Positions 23,301 through 37,800 of a stretch of DNA of 64,000 nt are shown here, piece by piece (position 1 is the stretch's first letter; each line of letters opens with the position of its first letter). The notes beneath the pieces are model-generated. The model saw nothing but the letters and a program-made list of their open reading frames with translations. It did not search any database and had not been told where the DNA came from. The stretch lies in NCBI GenBank assembly GCA_043228905.1, contig JBHGNT010000011.1, positions 3,410,001 through 3,474,000 of the forward strand, read 5' to 3'. Both the position numbers and the translations under genes were made by a program. Origin of the DNA: Azolla caroliniana (taxonomy: Eukaryota > Plantae > Polypodiophyta).

Positions 23301-24960
23301 AAGCCCACAACTTCCTGCCACAGTCATCAATGAAGGTCACGAAATACTGTGAACCACCATGCGACTTCGTGTCCACATACATCTGTTTGTATGCGGAGTT
23401 CCAACGGCATTTTCTTCCTCATCGAGGGCCTCGTTCGGAAGGATGTTTGATTCTGTTTGCCGGCCAAGCAATTAGTGCAGTTCTCAAGTTGCACGTTCTT
23501 CACCTCCGGAATGAGGTTGTCCTTGACAAGCTTTCTCATCCCCTTATGGCTCATATGGCACAACCTCCTGTGCCATAGTTCACCGACTGTGTCGGCTGCC
23601 ACGTTTGCTTCCCCTCGACATATTTGAGCATTCATTATGTACAGTGTGTTGGTCTTCCAAGCTTGAGCCACTATCAAGCTTCCTCGGTAGAACTTCATGA
23701 CACCATTCCGGATGCTACCCATGTAGCCTTCATCATCTAGCTGACTGGTTGATATTAGGTTCAATCAAACCTCTGGAACGTGTTGCACATTTGTCAATAC
23801 GAGTTTGCACCCGGTTGAGGTTTCCAAACACACATCTCCAATGCCGATGATTTGGCATGCTCCTTCATTTACCATCTTTATGGATCCAAGATCTCCAACT
23901 CTGTAGGATTAGAAGCACTTTCGGTCAAGGTTTAGGTGGAATGACGCACCCGAATCGACCACCCATGTTGATTCTTTGCCGGTGAGATTCATGTCGTTTT
24001 GCTCACTGATGAGCAACAACTCCTCCTCACTTGCGGCGATTCCTGAGGTGTTCTTTCTGTCTGGGATTTTCTTTGGCTCCTCCTTTCTCCTTTCGAAAGT
24101 GTCGGCTATTTTTCTAGAAGTGCCCCGACTTCCCTCAGTAGAAGCACGTGGGTTTCCCCCTCGACTTCGACCTGGTCCCCGACATATCTCGGTTCTAGGA
24201 GCTTTGATTTTGGCTTCTTCCCCGAATCGTGTCACCTTCCGTGACTAGGGCCTTTTGGTCGGTATTGGACTCTCAGTCCTTTCGACGAGCTTCTTTGTTT
24301 AGCAAGCTCGACTTCGCCTGCTCTAGGAATAGGTGTTTCCCTTCTAGTCTTGTGTTGCCCAACATGACAACAAGCGTTCCCCAACTGTCCGGAAGGGATC
24401 CCAGCAACAACAATGCTAATACCTCATCGACTAGAGGTACTTCTAGAGAGGTGGTTTGGTTCATCAATCATTGGAAGGCATTGATGTGCTCCGCCATACT
24501 AGAGACATCCTAATACTGGAGCCTCGTGATTTTTCAAAATACTGAGACTCGGTTCACGACATTCTTGTTTTTGAACATGACGTCGATCTTCTTCCGTAGG
24601 ACGTCTGCTTCTGTTTCTTCGCCAAAGTTGTTTTATAGACTCATGTCTTTAAAACACCTTATATATGTGGTTGCCTTCATATGCAACACTTCCCAAGTCG
24701 CTACATCGATCTTGTCTGGTCTTTTATCTCTGAACTACACCGGCAACCAAAGGTCTTTGCACATGAGCATGTCTGTCATCTTCAACTTCCACACTGAGTA
24801 GTTGGAGCCGGTTAGCTTAAACATGTTGCCGAACGAGCCTTCAATCGCTTTGATACCAGTTTGTTAGGAATTGACCGGCCACAACCGGTTACACATTCGT
24901 ATTTGTGTGCAGAAATCAAGAACTAGTACACAGACAAAAAAAACGTGAAGACACAGAGAC
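20321..24960 (-). mobile_element. Ty1/copia element, decayed, 5' LTR truncated
   Basis: 3' LTR 20321-20862 with PPT (GGAGTGAAGGGGGAG). RH YTD/SWQSRLQ (21137-21382), RT LYVDDML (21799-22155), INT ADNG, PR WVVDSGASFH, gag. PBS TGGTATCAAAGC at 24847-24858. 5' LTR remnant 24862-24960. Confidence 0.9.
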
Positions 24961-27900
24961 CTAGAGAAAAAATTCGATGACATCTTAAATGATTTTGGTG
25001 ATGTTTTTCCGAGTGAACTACCACATGGGTCACCTCCTAAACATAATATAGACCATCATATAGATATTGTACCTGGTGTTGCACCAATAAGTATACCTCC
25101 TTAAATCGCTTAAGTCGATCCGAAGAGGATGAGGTATCTAAGCAACTCAAGGACTATTTACGAATGGCTTATATACCTTATAGTAAATATCCATGGGGTG
25201 AACCTGTTCTCTTGGTAAAAAAGAAAGAGGGTACATGGCGTATATGTATTAATTATCAACACTTGAATAAAGAGACGATCAAGAATTCATATCCATTGCC
25301 TTGGGCTTACGATCTAATTAACCATCTCTAGGGAGCTCGGTATTTTACAAAACTTGATCTCCATACGAGCTACCATCAAATTCGTATAAGTGAGGAAGAT
25401 GTTCTTAAAACGGTATTTCGTACGCGCAATGGCCATTATGAGTTTTCGGTCATGCCTTTCGGTTTGACCAATGCTCCTTCCACATTTCAACAAGAAATGA
25501 AAGACATTTTCCAAGAACAACTTGGAAAATTTGTTGTTATTTTCTTGGATGATATTCTAGTGTATAGTCATACGTTAGAAGAACATATTAAACATGTTCG
25601 CTTTGGTTTACAAACATTGTGTGACAAGAAATTCTATGTGAAGATCTCAAAGTGCGAGTTCTTCAAGAAATCAATTACTTATCTTGGACATCTCATAAAC
25701 GAACGAGGAGTTGAAATTGATCCTTCTTGCATCGAGAAAGTCAAACTTTGGCCCATTCTTCGGAATATTCGAGAAGTTCGATCATTCCTAGGTTTTGTCG
25801 GGTTTTTGCAAAAATCTCTTCGTAATTACTCCCAATTGACGACGTCGTTTACTAATCTTCTCAAAGGTCAAACGTGTAAGTCTACAAAACCTATTATGTG
25901 GAATGCTACACTAGACCTTGCCTTTAAGGAACTCAAGGACTTCGTGTACAAGGCTCTGTTGCTTCTTTTACCAGATCCTTCAAAACCTTTTCAGGTTGAA
26001 ACCGATGCAAGCGATTATGCTACAGGTGTCGTCCTATATCAAGATGGTAAACCAATAGCATTTGAGAATAAGAAACTTGATTCTGCTCAGTGTCAGTATA
26101 CCGTGCAAGAAAAGGAATTATTTGCAATTATTCATGCGCTCAAGACATGGCGTCATTATCTTTATGGAAATCGTTTTGTGGTAACTACGGACCACGAGTC
26201 CTTGAAATATTTTTGTGACCAACAAGACCTTAAAGGTCGTAAGGCGCGATGGGCAGATCTCATCCGGGATTTTGATTTTTCCATACAATATCGTGAAGGT
26301 TCCACGAACACTGTCGTTGATGCACTAAGTCGCATCCATGAAGTTAACATGCTTAGCTTCACTAAAATAACATCAAATCTTTATGATCACCTTTGAGGAA
26401 AGTATCTTGATGATAGTTATTTTGCGAAGTATTGGCAATAGTTGAGTCTGGAACAGACACCACCACATCCTTGAAGGAATCCTTCGGCATTGCTAACAGT
26501 CTGCTCTATCATAATGGGAAGGTTTGTGTTCCAAATTTGCCTGAGGTCAAAAAGAGAATTCTTTTTTAATTTCATGGTGCACCCTCAGCAGGGCACCCTG
26601 GAATACATCGTACAATCATTCTCATCTCCACTCAATTCTATTGGCCTAAGATGCGTCTTGACATACATAGCTATTTGACTAAATGTCACCAGTGTCAGGT
26701 TAACAAAGTCGAGCGACTTAAAGCCGCAAGACTTTTATATCCCTTAGAGATTCCTAATAATAAGTCGGAAAGTATATCCATGGATTTTATTGTTAGCCTT
26801 CCTTGCACCCAAAAAGGCCATGATGCCATCTGGGTTGTGGTTGATTGACTAACTAAAATGGTCAGATTTATTGCTACTAAAACCACGATAACAGCTCCTG
26901 AATTGGCTTACCAATTTGTTGGCGAGTTATTTCGTTTTTATGAGTTATCGATGGATATCGTGAGTGATCGAGATATAAAGTTTTCTAACGACTTTGGATG
27001 CAAGTCTTTAAGAAGTTAGAAACTACATTGAGCATGAGTTCCACGGATCATCCTCAATCCGATGGACAAACAGAATGAGTAAATCAAATTATTGAGGGCA
27101 TGCTCCATGCATATGTTGGTACAAAACAAACAAAATGGGAACGTTATCTCCCAAATTTGGAGTTTGCTGATAACAGCTCCAAACATACATCAATAGGATA
27201 GTCCTTTTATGTTGATGTATGGTTTTCAACCACGAGCCCCGATTGATGTTAATATACATCATGATGAGTTGTGAAGTACGCAAAACTTTCTTCGAGATAT
27301 GCAAGATATGTTGCATATTGCACGAGATAATATAAAAACAGCTCAAGATAGAGCGTGATTTTATGTCGATCATAATAAGCAACCTCATGTATTCAACCCT
27401 AGACACAAAGTATTTTTACGTGTACCTCACAATTCTAAGACATTGTCTACGGGTAAGTGCGCTTAGCCTCATGGTTTTGTGGACTTTTTACAATCCTCAA
27501 ACACATTGGTTCATCAGCCTATCGTCTCACTCTTCCTGATGGCGTTGAAATCGATCAAGTTCTTCACATCAGTCGTCTAAAAGAACTTCTAGGTTCTTGC
27601 GACAATACAGGGACAACTGAAACTCTGGTTACTTCTGAAGAATTATCTTCTAAACCACATGTACTAGAAAGAATTCTGAATGTTAAAACAAAAAAATTGC
27701 GTTCTAAAATAATGCGATAAAATTAAATGGATGGATAAGCACTATAAAATATGCCACATGGGAACGTAAAAATACTCTTAGAACTAACTTTGCATTGCAA
27801 GAGCGTAATGTTTTAAAGAGGGGGAGTATGTTACGAGCATGACAATATAATATCTCGTGGTGAGAATTTACCATAGTATTCTATACACATGGATAAAGTG

Positions 27901-28816
27901 TGAGGGTTAAACAAGAGTGTAAAGAAGGGGAGGATTACTTTTAATACTCGGGATTGAGACAACCATTAGGACAAGTGTGAACTTGCTTGGGGGCCTTAGG
28001 TCTGGCTATAAATATGAGGCCTAACTACCCTTATTTGACACACTATTGACTACGTTGAGACTCTGACATTATGGTGGGTCAACTCTTGTAGCGAGCGCAC
28101 CAGCACCAGGTACGAATCGACGCCACGGCGGTGGTATGGGACGTCGATCGAGGCTCGAGTCCATTTCGATCCCTTCACTCGGGGGTGGTCGGGTGGATCA
28201 ACACCCTTGTTTCTCTCTCTCCTTTCTTATTTATCTATCTTTTATCCTTATCATATGCTTACATCAGATCATCACTCTAACCATTGGTATCAGAGCCATG
28301 TTTCTAACCCTCACACTTTATCCACATGTATAGAATACTACGTAACCCTTCTTTATACTCTCCTCCCCTTCTTTACACTCTCCTTTAACCGTCACACCTT
28401 ATCCATGTGTATAGAATACTACAGTAAATTCTCACCGCGAGATATTATATGGTCATGACCGTAACAAAAATAATAACACTCTGTGCAAACAAATGTGCTT
28501 AGAGAGTAGTTTTATACAAGTCCTTAAAGGATGGTCAGAAGCACTGACAAGTACTTCAATGCTCATAACTGAGCTATTGACACTAACTCCTAAAAATATA
28601 ATTGCCTACTAAGCTAGGAGTGTAGGCCTAAAATGGCCTACTGGCTCCCCGTGGATCTGGCTCTCCAATCCGGTCTGAGCCTAGCTAATTGGTCTTCATC
28701 CGATCCGACTCTTTACTTATGCAACCGATTTGGCCCATGTTGAGCTCGCTTCTCAAAATGTACTATAGGTAGGAAATTTTGGCTCTCCGGTAATTGTGGT
28801 TGTATTGTAACCAACA

Positions 28817-31800
28817 TCGACAGCCGGGAAAGACAACGAGTCTAGGGGCACTTAAGGGTGTGCGGAGCCATGGGCCCCGATGACTCGATCAACGACACTG
28901 TGGAGGCAGTCTCATTCAATGACACCATCGGGTAGATTGAGAGGGTGATCATTGGAGGTCTAACTAAGGACTAGACGATTCCGGTTAATTCGATCGAGAT
29001 GTATGAGGTCATCAAGGAATTTGAGTAGATGGTCAGGGCGGATTGGACTGCCCATGTTAGCACCAAGTACAAGACTGTAGACCGGAAGGTAAGGCCGCGA
29101 CGCCCTTACCAGAGGACAGCTGGGAACGGATGAAAGAGGTAGCAACTGACCCAAGTTTGCAAGACCCGCGTGGAATAGGGCATCGGTTCACTGAAGAGAC
29201 ACTACGGGAGCTCAAAATCAGTGGGGTTGGCTTCCTACTGCCGGCGGAGGAGGACAAGTTCCGAAGAATGCTGAAAGTCATGGGAGGGCTTTTGCTTTCT
29301 CACTTGAGGAGATCAGGTGTGTCGACACGACGATCGTGGAACCAATGGTGATCTTCACGATACCGCATGTGTTGTGGAGCCTCAAACTGATTCTGGTACC
29401 AAGGGCTCACATCCTGAAGTTGATGGAGTTGCTCAAGGAGAAGATTGAGATGGGGATCCTCGAACCATCGAGTGCCCCAAATTCGAATCGGTGGTTCACA
29501 GTACCAAAGAAGAAAGACACTCTACAACTAGTCAACAAGGTGATAATCTGGAATGCAGGGATCGGTCCGACCATCGATGAGTTCGCGGAGGCCTTTGTCG
29601 GAAGGTCGATATACACGGTATGACCAACTCCAACTAGCCATCGAAAGCTGGGACATCACGACGATGTGACCCCCTCTTGGTTTAGTTTGAATGTGTACCC
29701 TGTAGCAAGGAGGGATGAATTTGGTGTGACGCATTGTTGGCATAAAAGGCTAACTCCTTCCACTTTGTATCCTAGTGTGTGAACACATCCAAATAGTTAC
29801 GACTTAGTATATAAGCAATAACCTAATGTTGTAATAATCATTCTCTTGTATCTTGAATCTCTGAGTGTAGAGTTACACAGAGAGAACGAAGTAACGAAAC
29901 TTACATTAAAGCTTAAGTGTGTGTCATTTTCTGTTCATCTTCTTGTCTTCATTCTTTATGTGTTGTTTGTTGAGAATAACTCAACATGTCCTCGTACATA
30001 CTTCCGCACATACACGAACACCATATCTTACAACTGGTATCAGAGCGACTTATTGTTCAGTAGCAACGAATAGCAAAAAAGAGGAGAAGCTATATGGCTG
30101 AAAGAAAAGACCATGTCAATAAAATCTCATTCTCAAAAAGAACATGTTTCAACATCCGGCACAGGAGTTGAAATCCAAAAGTTCGACGAAAAAAACTTTG
30201 CCTTGTGGAAAGAGATGATGGTGGATGTGTTGATCATCAAAAGATAGGTTGAAACCATTCGACATAGTGAAAAACCTGCTTCGATGACAACCAAATAATG
30301 GAGATCCATAGAAGAAATCGTGTGCTCCACTATCCGAATGCATCTGGCCGAAAAGGTCTACTTCAGCATGGCCAAAGAGACGACAACGTTCTCACTGTGG
30401 GAGAACCTACAAGTTGTATACGAAAAGAAGTCCTTATGTTGGAAATTGATATTGATCAAACAGCTATTCAACATGAAGATGAGAGAGACCAATCCAGCCA
30501 TCTCCCACATCAACACCTTCAGCCGGGTGTTGTCTAAACTCTCCTCCCAACGGATTAACTTTGAAGAAGAAGTTAAAGCCCTTGCCCTTCTATTGAGCTT
30601 GCCGGCGAGTTGGGAGGTATTTTGCACGACATTTGCCAATAGCCGACCAAATCTAAATCTAGAGGAAACAGTTATCCAAGTCCTTAGAGAGGACAGTCGG
30701 AGAAAATCAATGGGACTCAAAATTGACGAGTCGATAGAAGCCCACCACTCGATCGAGTCGATCAACCGATTCAATTGATCGAGAGAGAAGACAGAACCTT
30801 TTGGAATACCAATCAGTCAAGAACGAGGGGAGACTAACAACGGTCGTAGTCGAGAAATAGCCGACCATGCAACTTTCGCACCCACTACAGAAAACCTAGT
30901 CACAACGTTTCCGACTACTAGTCAATCAAGAGGAAAGAGAGTGGTCAGTGATCCGAGCGGAATTGAGGACGATCTGACTTGAACCACTCTCCATTTGGCA
31001 ACCAAGTCAATGTTGCCAACACCCAATTGGGAGAAAACCTCTCCTTAGAAGACTCGATGATCAAAGAAGTTCTCTACAATGCGCAAGATGCACATACATG
31101 GTTATTGGACTCTGGTGCCACATTCCACGTTACCCCTAACATCAAATGGTTTTCGAACTATTCGGCCAACACTATTGGCACAGTCCGCCTAGGCAATGGC
31201 AAGAATGCAAAATCACCGGAGTAGACGAAGTAGAATTCAAGTGTTGAATGGAAACACGCATGTCCTAAACCAAGTCCGGCATGTACCTACACTGAAAAGG
31301 AGCCTGGTCTCCATTGACATGCTAGCCGAAGACGGGTATAGAACGACTCTCAATGAGTCGACATGGATGATTAGTCGTGGAAATCCAAAGATTGGGAACA
31401 AACACAAGTACAATAACTTGTATCCAATGATGATGATCAATCCAGAAGGGGTCATGAACGTAGCCGAAAAGACTGACCCGAACCTATGGCATGGCCAACT
31501 CGGTCATATGTCTCAAGCCAGCCTAGATCGACTAATGGCGGTTGACTACATTCCTAAACTCAAGCAACGACAGACTTCTGCGAGCATTGTCGCTACAGGA
31601 AATAGACCCGAAGTCCGCACTCTCTCCATTATGAAATGGTACGAAAACCCCTAGAGCTCATGCACACAGATATATGTGGGCCTATGCCCAAGAGATCACT
31701 AGGAGGTTCCTAGTACTTTATCACATTTGTAGAAGACTATACATGGAAGGTTTGGGCCTACTCGATTAGGTCCAAAGACGAAGCGCTCGAGGTCCTCACT

Positions 31801-34800
31801 CGATGGATAGCTAAAGTGGAGCACTAGTCAGGATGTAGAGTGAAGACACTCTAATCCGACAATGGAGGTGAATACACCTCCCAAGCCATCAAACAATACC
31901 TATCCGACAAAGGGATCAAACATCAAAAGACCGTTCCTTACACACCCATGCAGAATGGAGTTGCCAAACGGATCAATAGAATGATCCAAGAGAGGGTGAT
32001 GGCAATGCTCCAACAAGCCGGACTAAAGTTGGAGTTTTGGGCCAAAGCATTGCATACGACAATATATCAAATCAATCTATCCCCGTTGAAAGCAATAAGG
32101 GTCGAAGTGCCACAGGAACTATGGTCAGGCAAACAACCAACCTACGATAGGCTCCGTATATTTGGATGTGAAGCCTACACATTCATCCCCATGGAGAAAA
32201 GGACCAAGTTGGCACCCCATGCAACTAAATGCATATTTCTCAGTTATGGAACCGATGGGGAATTCGGCTATAGGCTATGCGACCCAGAGAACCAAAAATT
32301 GATTTGGAGTAGTGACGTGGTCTTCAATGAAAACTCTATTCTCTCTGAGAGGAACCAACAAAAAATAGTTGGTAAGAAGGTCTTCTTCAAAGTCGATAAA
32401 GACATTGTAGAAAGACTAACCCACCGGGCCAAATCAGAGATTCGACAAATAGTTGAACTCGAACAAGCCACCAATACACCTACCGACTCCGAATCGAAGA
32501 CAAAGCCATCAAAGACAAAACCGAATCGACAAGAGTTGAAAAAGGCAAAGTCAACAAGGTGCGATCCGGAAGTGACAAAGTCGACTTAGCTAACACACCC
32601 AAATAGGCCAAGTGGAAAAGCCGACATGAGTCGGCTAAGACTCGTATCTTCAAGTCAATTGATCTCGAAGTAGGGGAGGATGACGTGACATCGCCGAACT
32701 CCTATTACAAGGGCGAATCATATAATAGGACTCCTAACATAAGTGGTTAAACAAATGTCGATCGACCGACAAAGCCAATAGAAGGATCCAAACCTATCAC
32801 TTTGGCACCCAGGAGATCCGGACGAATTCGAAGGCCAAAAGAGTTCTATCAATCGAGCCTCGACTACGTCAACTACACCGATGCAGGAAAACCAAGCACA
32901 TACAAAGAAGCTATAGCCGCACTGGATGCTGATACATGGCTACAAGCCATGAGATCCGAGATGGACTCAATCCATCAGAACAATACATGGGAGCTGGAAG
33001 AAAGTTGTTGCCCTACAAATGGTTTTTCAAAGCTTAGAGAAACCCAAATACAAAGCTCGGCTCGTCGCGAAAGGGTTCAAACCGGAACATGGGGTTGACT
33101 ACGATGAGATATTCTCTCCAATAGTCAAGATGACCACCCTTCAGCTCCTACTCGGGGTTGTGGTGATAGAGGACCTAGAGCTTGAGCAATTAGACTTCAA
33201 GATGACTTTCCTACACGAAGATCTGGAAGAAGATATTTACATGTCTCAACCGACAGGCTTCACGGAGACGAGGGAGGAAAGTCACTTGGTATGTCAACTG
33301 AAGAAAAGCCTATATGGCTTAAAACAAGTGTCAACAATGTGGTACCAAAAGTTCGACTCTTACATCAGGTAGCTTGGATACCGCCGATCTGACTTCGACC
33401 CATGTATGTATATTTGGCAACTGACTGATGAGTCCTGGATCTATCTGATCCTATATGTCGACGACATGTTGATTGTACGGAGAAATCAAACCGAAATAGG
33501 AAAGCTAAAGCGGAGCCTTCATGAAAAGTTTGCGATGAAGGAACTTGGACAAGCCCGACACATACTGGGCATGAAGATAGAGCGAAATCGGACAACAAAA
33601 ACACTCTGACTCTCCTAGTCCAACTATATTAGCAAGGTGTTGAAGCGCTTCAACATGGAGAATGCAAAGCCAACACCAACACTGCTTCCGACGTCGATCT
33701 GGCTACCAGACAAAGACTCTCCTTCAACGAAAGAGGACAAAGAGCTTCATGGGAAGATACCCTACGCATCGGTAGTAGGAAGTATCATGTATGCGATGGT
33801 GGCGACTCAACCCGACCTTGCATATGTCGTATGGATTGTCAGCCGGTACATGTCAAACCCAGGACAGAAGCATTGGGAGGCTGTCAAGCACATCTTCAGG
33901 TACCTAAGAGGAACCGAAGATGCACAACTGACTTTCTGATCGGCAAATCGGATCAAAGTCGAAGGCTACACCGACTCCGACTATGCCGGGAATCTGGATA
34001 ATCGGAAGTCGACATCAAGCTACATCTTCACCTATGGTGGCGGTGCTATATCATGGAGGTCGAAGCTACAATAGTGCACAACTTTGTCTACCACAAAGGC
34101 CGAGTACATAATAGCATCAGAAGCGGCAAAGGAAGCAATCTAGCTGCATCGACTGATTGCTGACTTTTTTACTACGAGCTGAACCGATCGACCAATGCCG
34201 ACCATGTACTACAACTCACAAAGCGCAATACACCTCATCAACAATCTTGTCTATCATGCAAAGACAAAGCATATTGAGGTGCAGTATCATCATATCTGGG
34301 AGCTAGTAATTGAGAAGAAGCTCAAAGTTCGGAAGATCAACACCAAGGTAAACATCGTCGATTGCCTAAGGAACCCACTCCCAGATCAACGCTTCAGAGC
34401 ACTGAGGACAAAGATAGGACTACGACAAGAGATCGAGCAGAAGGTAAGTTGATCCGACTGACTCAGACAAGTTGACCTGGATGACCATCTGAATTAGGCT
34501 AGATACCAACTTTACCTTCACCGACTCGGCTATATGCCAATTGACTTGTAACCATAACTTTAGATCAAAATTGCAATCTAGGTTTATGGGGGAGATAACC
34601 CCATACAATTGTAAGTAGAAAGAGTAGTCCTTTTACGGGGGATTTTGTTGGCGTAAAAGGCTGACTCCTTCCACTTTGTATCCTAGTGTGTGAACACATC
34701 CAAATAGTTTGGGCTTAATATATAAGCAATAACCTAACGTTGTAATAATGATCCTCTTGTATCTTGAATCTCTGATTGTATAGTTATAGAGAGAGAACGA

Positions 34801-37800
34801 AGTAATGAAGCTTCCATTAAAGCTTAAGTGTGTGTCATCTTCTGTTCATCTTCTTGTCTTCATTCTTTCCGTTTTGTTTGTTGAGCATAGCTCGACAGGT
34901 CCTCATACATACTTCTGCACATACTCAAACACCATATCTTACACACACATCGTGAATGCAATGAATAAGGTAATGAGGAATTGCATCCCAGACATCACCG
35001 TGTCGTTCCTGGACGACATCCCGATAAAGGGGCGTCCGGACGACATGATGGACGAGACGGTCGGAAAAGACGGATGCCGAAAGTTTGTGGTTGACCACAT
35101 TGCTGACTAGGAAAAGATATTGCGGAGGTTGGAAGGCACACGTCTTACCTTCTCGGGAGAAATTTTGGCATTTGGAAAATCAAAGATCTTGGTGGTCAGT
35201 CACCTATGTGGACTCTACGATAGGAGACCATCTCCGGCTAAGGTCAAGGCCATCTCAGCAATGAAGGAGGAATGCAGGTCAACCACGGAGGTTCGCCGGT
35301 TCCTGGGAGCTTGCACCTTCTACCACATTTGGATCCCCCATTACGCGCATATTGTCGAGTCGTTGTATGGTTTACTGAAGAAGGGGCGGAAGTTTGAATC
35401 GGGCGAAGAGCACTCGGAGGCGATGAGGAGGCTGAAGGGGATGTTGATGGTGGCACCACCTCTTCGGAAGGTGGTCTATGGAAAGGGAGCTCCAATATAC
35501 GTCACAATCAACACGGGTCTGAACGAAATTGAATGGTGATCAACGAGGAGGAAGAAGGTGGCACGAGATTCACCATCCGATTCGGATCAAAGGTACTGAG
35601 CGCGTGACAACGATGATACGCCCAAGTCAAGTGGGAGTTGTGCGGTATAGTTTCAACGGTAAAGGCCGGCAATGACTATCTAATCGGGATGGAGGTGATT
35701 ATTGAGACAGACTATCTCCCAATACTCAAGATGATATCTAGATGCATGACTCTGGATTTGGCGATGCTTAGATGGATCGCGTATATTAAGTTCCTAAACC
35801 CGAAAATCCGACACATTTATGGGAAGCACAATACCATGGTCGATATGTTGTCGAGAGCACAGTTCGAAGGAGAAAATGGCATGGTATCAGAGGACGAGGA
35901 AGTTGGAGTCGATTTCTTCGAGTCAGCCCGATTGTTGGCAAACGGACGAAGCACTCCAACCTTGCACACATTCAATGAAGTCAACTACAAGGGGGATTGG
36001 CTTCTTATCAGAAGGTTCTTGAGCACAATGGCAATGGACACGGCATGGACGAAGGAAGAGGCCAACCGGATTCAGAAGAAGGTGTACAGGTACTTCCTAG
36101 GAGAAGGGGTGATCTGGCGGCATCCGAAGAAATGACACAATACAACACTCCGGGTGGTGACATAGAAGGAGGACCGGTCATTGTTGTTGGCCGAGTTTCA
36201 AGAGAGTTCCTGGTTCAGACATCAGGAGACATGGGCTACATTGAAGAAGCTAAAGGAGAAGTACTGGTGATCGGGGATGTACAACAACGTGCAACACTTC
36301 ATGACAACGTGTGAAAGTTTCCAAGTACATTCCGAGATTAGGCACCACCACGAGTTGCACCCGACCTACCCGCCAGCCATTCACTTCAAGTGGATGGTTG
36401 ATTTAATGAAGATGCCGATGGGAGTAGGCCAGATGAGTTACTTGGTGCTAACAAGGGAGAACCTGACGAACTAGGTGGAAAGAAGAGCCTTAACCAATAA
36501 GACGACCACAACTGTATGTTGGTTCCTAATTGAAGATGTGATCTGTCGGTACGGGAAAATCGTGGCTGACCGAGGGGAGCTGGACGCACATGAAGTTGCG
36601 GAGCTATTCGATCGATTAGGGGTCAAGCTCTCCCTCACAACGGTGTACAATCTGGAGGTGAACGGGGAGGTCGAGTGCGAACATGGTCCGATTGTGAAGG
36701 CGATAGTGCGAGCATGCGACGGATGGATCTGAAATTGGTCGCGACTTCTTCCATATGCATCGTGGGCCAACTAAGCTACGCATAGTTCGGTAACATGGTA
36801 CGTGCCGGCCAAGCTCATGTTTGGGTAGAAGCCGATCATGCTGGTAGAAAGGAAAATCACTTCTGGAAGGCGGTCGTTTGGAAGAGCTATTGGTCACACG
36901 GATTCGACAACTCGAGATGCGACCAAAGGATGTGGAGCAAGCTAGGGCGAAGGTAAAAGAGGCGTGGAAAAAGAACAAGGAACAGTTCGACCGGTTGCAC
37001 CGACTACGACTGAGGAAGATAGAAGAAGGTGATTGGGTGCTGGTCTATGACAATAGCCTCGACAACTAGTATCGGTCTATGTGCAAATTCGTAAAAAAGT
37101 GGTTCAGACCGTATATAGTAACCAACACCAACGACAATGCCATGTACCACCTTTCGAGCTCGACAGGACGAGGATGGTTGAACCGGTTGTAGGGAAGTAG
37201 GTTAAAATCTTCAAGAACCGGCATGAGGCGGAACCAGATCTGGAGGTGGAGGATGAGGAAGTCGATGAGTATGAGGAACCTGACGAAGATAAGAATGGGG
37301 ATGGATCGGAGGAGGACGATTAAGGATCAACCCGGAATTCTCCACTGCTTCGCTAATTGGCACATACCGAAGGATGTGCAGTTTGGTGAGGGTGGATGTT
37401 GTGGATGATTCCGACCACAAGGAGAAAGCTCACCGATCGTGTGTGAACAAGAGAGTGCACGGATGCACGTGAATGAGGTCTAATGTATAACCAATTGTAA
37501 ATATCGAAGTATTAATATGTACAAGGTAGAGTATTTTAATAGGTACTTTTATGATTCCAGAAAAGAGGGGAATGATAGCGTGTGCTGGCAAAAAATTGTG
37601 AGGGAATCTACGACAGAAGCAATTGTAATAACAACTTGATGTAACATCGACCCTCCTGCTCCTTGGAACAATAAAAGGGAGGGAAAGTGTCTGTTAGAGG
37701 GGATCAGTCGTTTTGAGGGGAAGGTGTTGCCGGATTGTGATCTAGGGCAATTTAGGGTTTCTGTTTTTCTTGTTCGGATCGGTGTTGTGAGGCCTCTGCT

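Larger units (their letters stand above)
19053..28466 (+). mobile_element. Ty3/gypsy chromovirus (tRNA-iMet primed), rearranged, with a nested copia
   Basis: TSD AAAAT (19048-19052, 28467-28471). Truncated 5' LTR 19053-~19292 fused to gag. PR FLFDSGSSHNF, RT-RH 25100-26396 (FLDD, DASDYA), decayed INT, chromodomain-like ERILNVKTKKLR..W..ATWE. PPT AGAGGGGGAGTA and LTR 27829-28283, then a PBS and inverted U3. Confidence 0.88.
8493..28816 (-). mobile_element. 5' LTR of the above copia, split in three (8493-8509, 18921-19052, 28472-~28816) by two gypsy insertions
   Basis: LTR begins right after the PBS (TGTAAACA) and resumes after each nested element. Plausible terminus ...GTAACCAACA at 28816. 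Confidence 0.6.
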
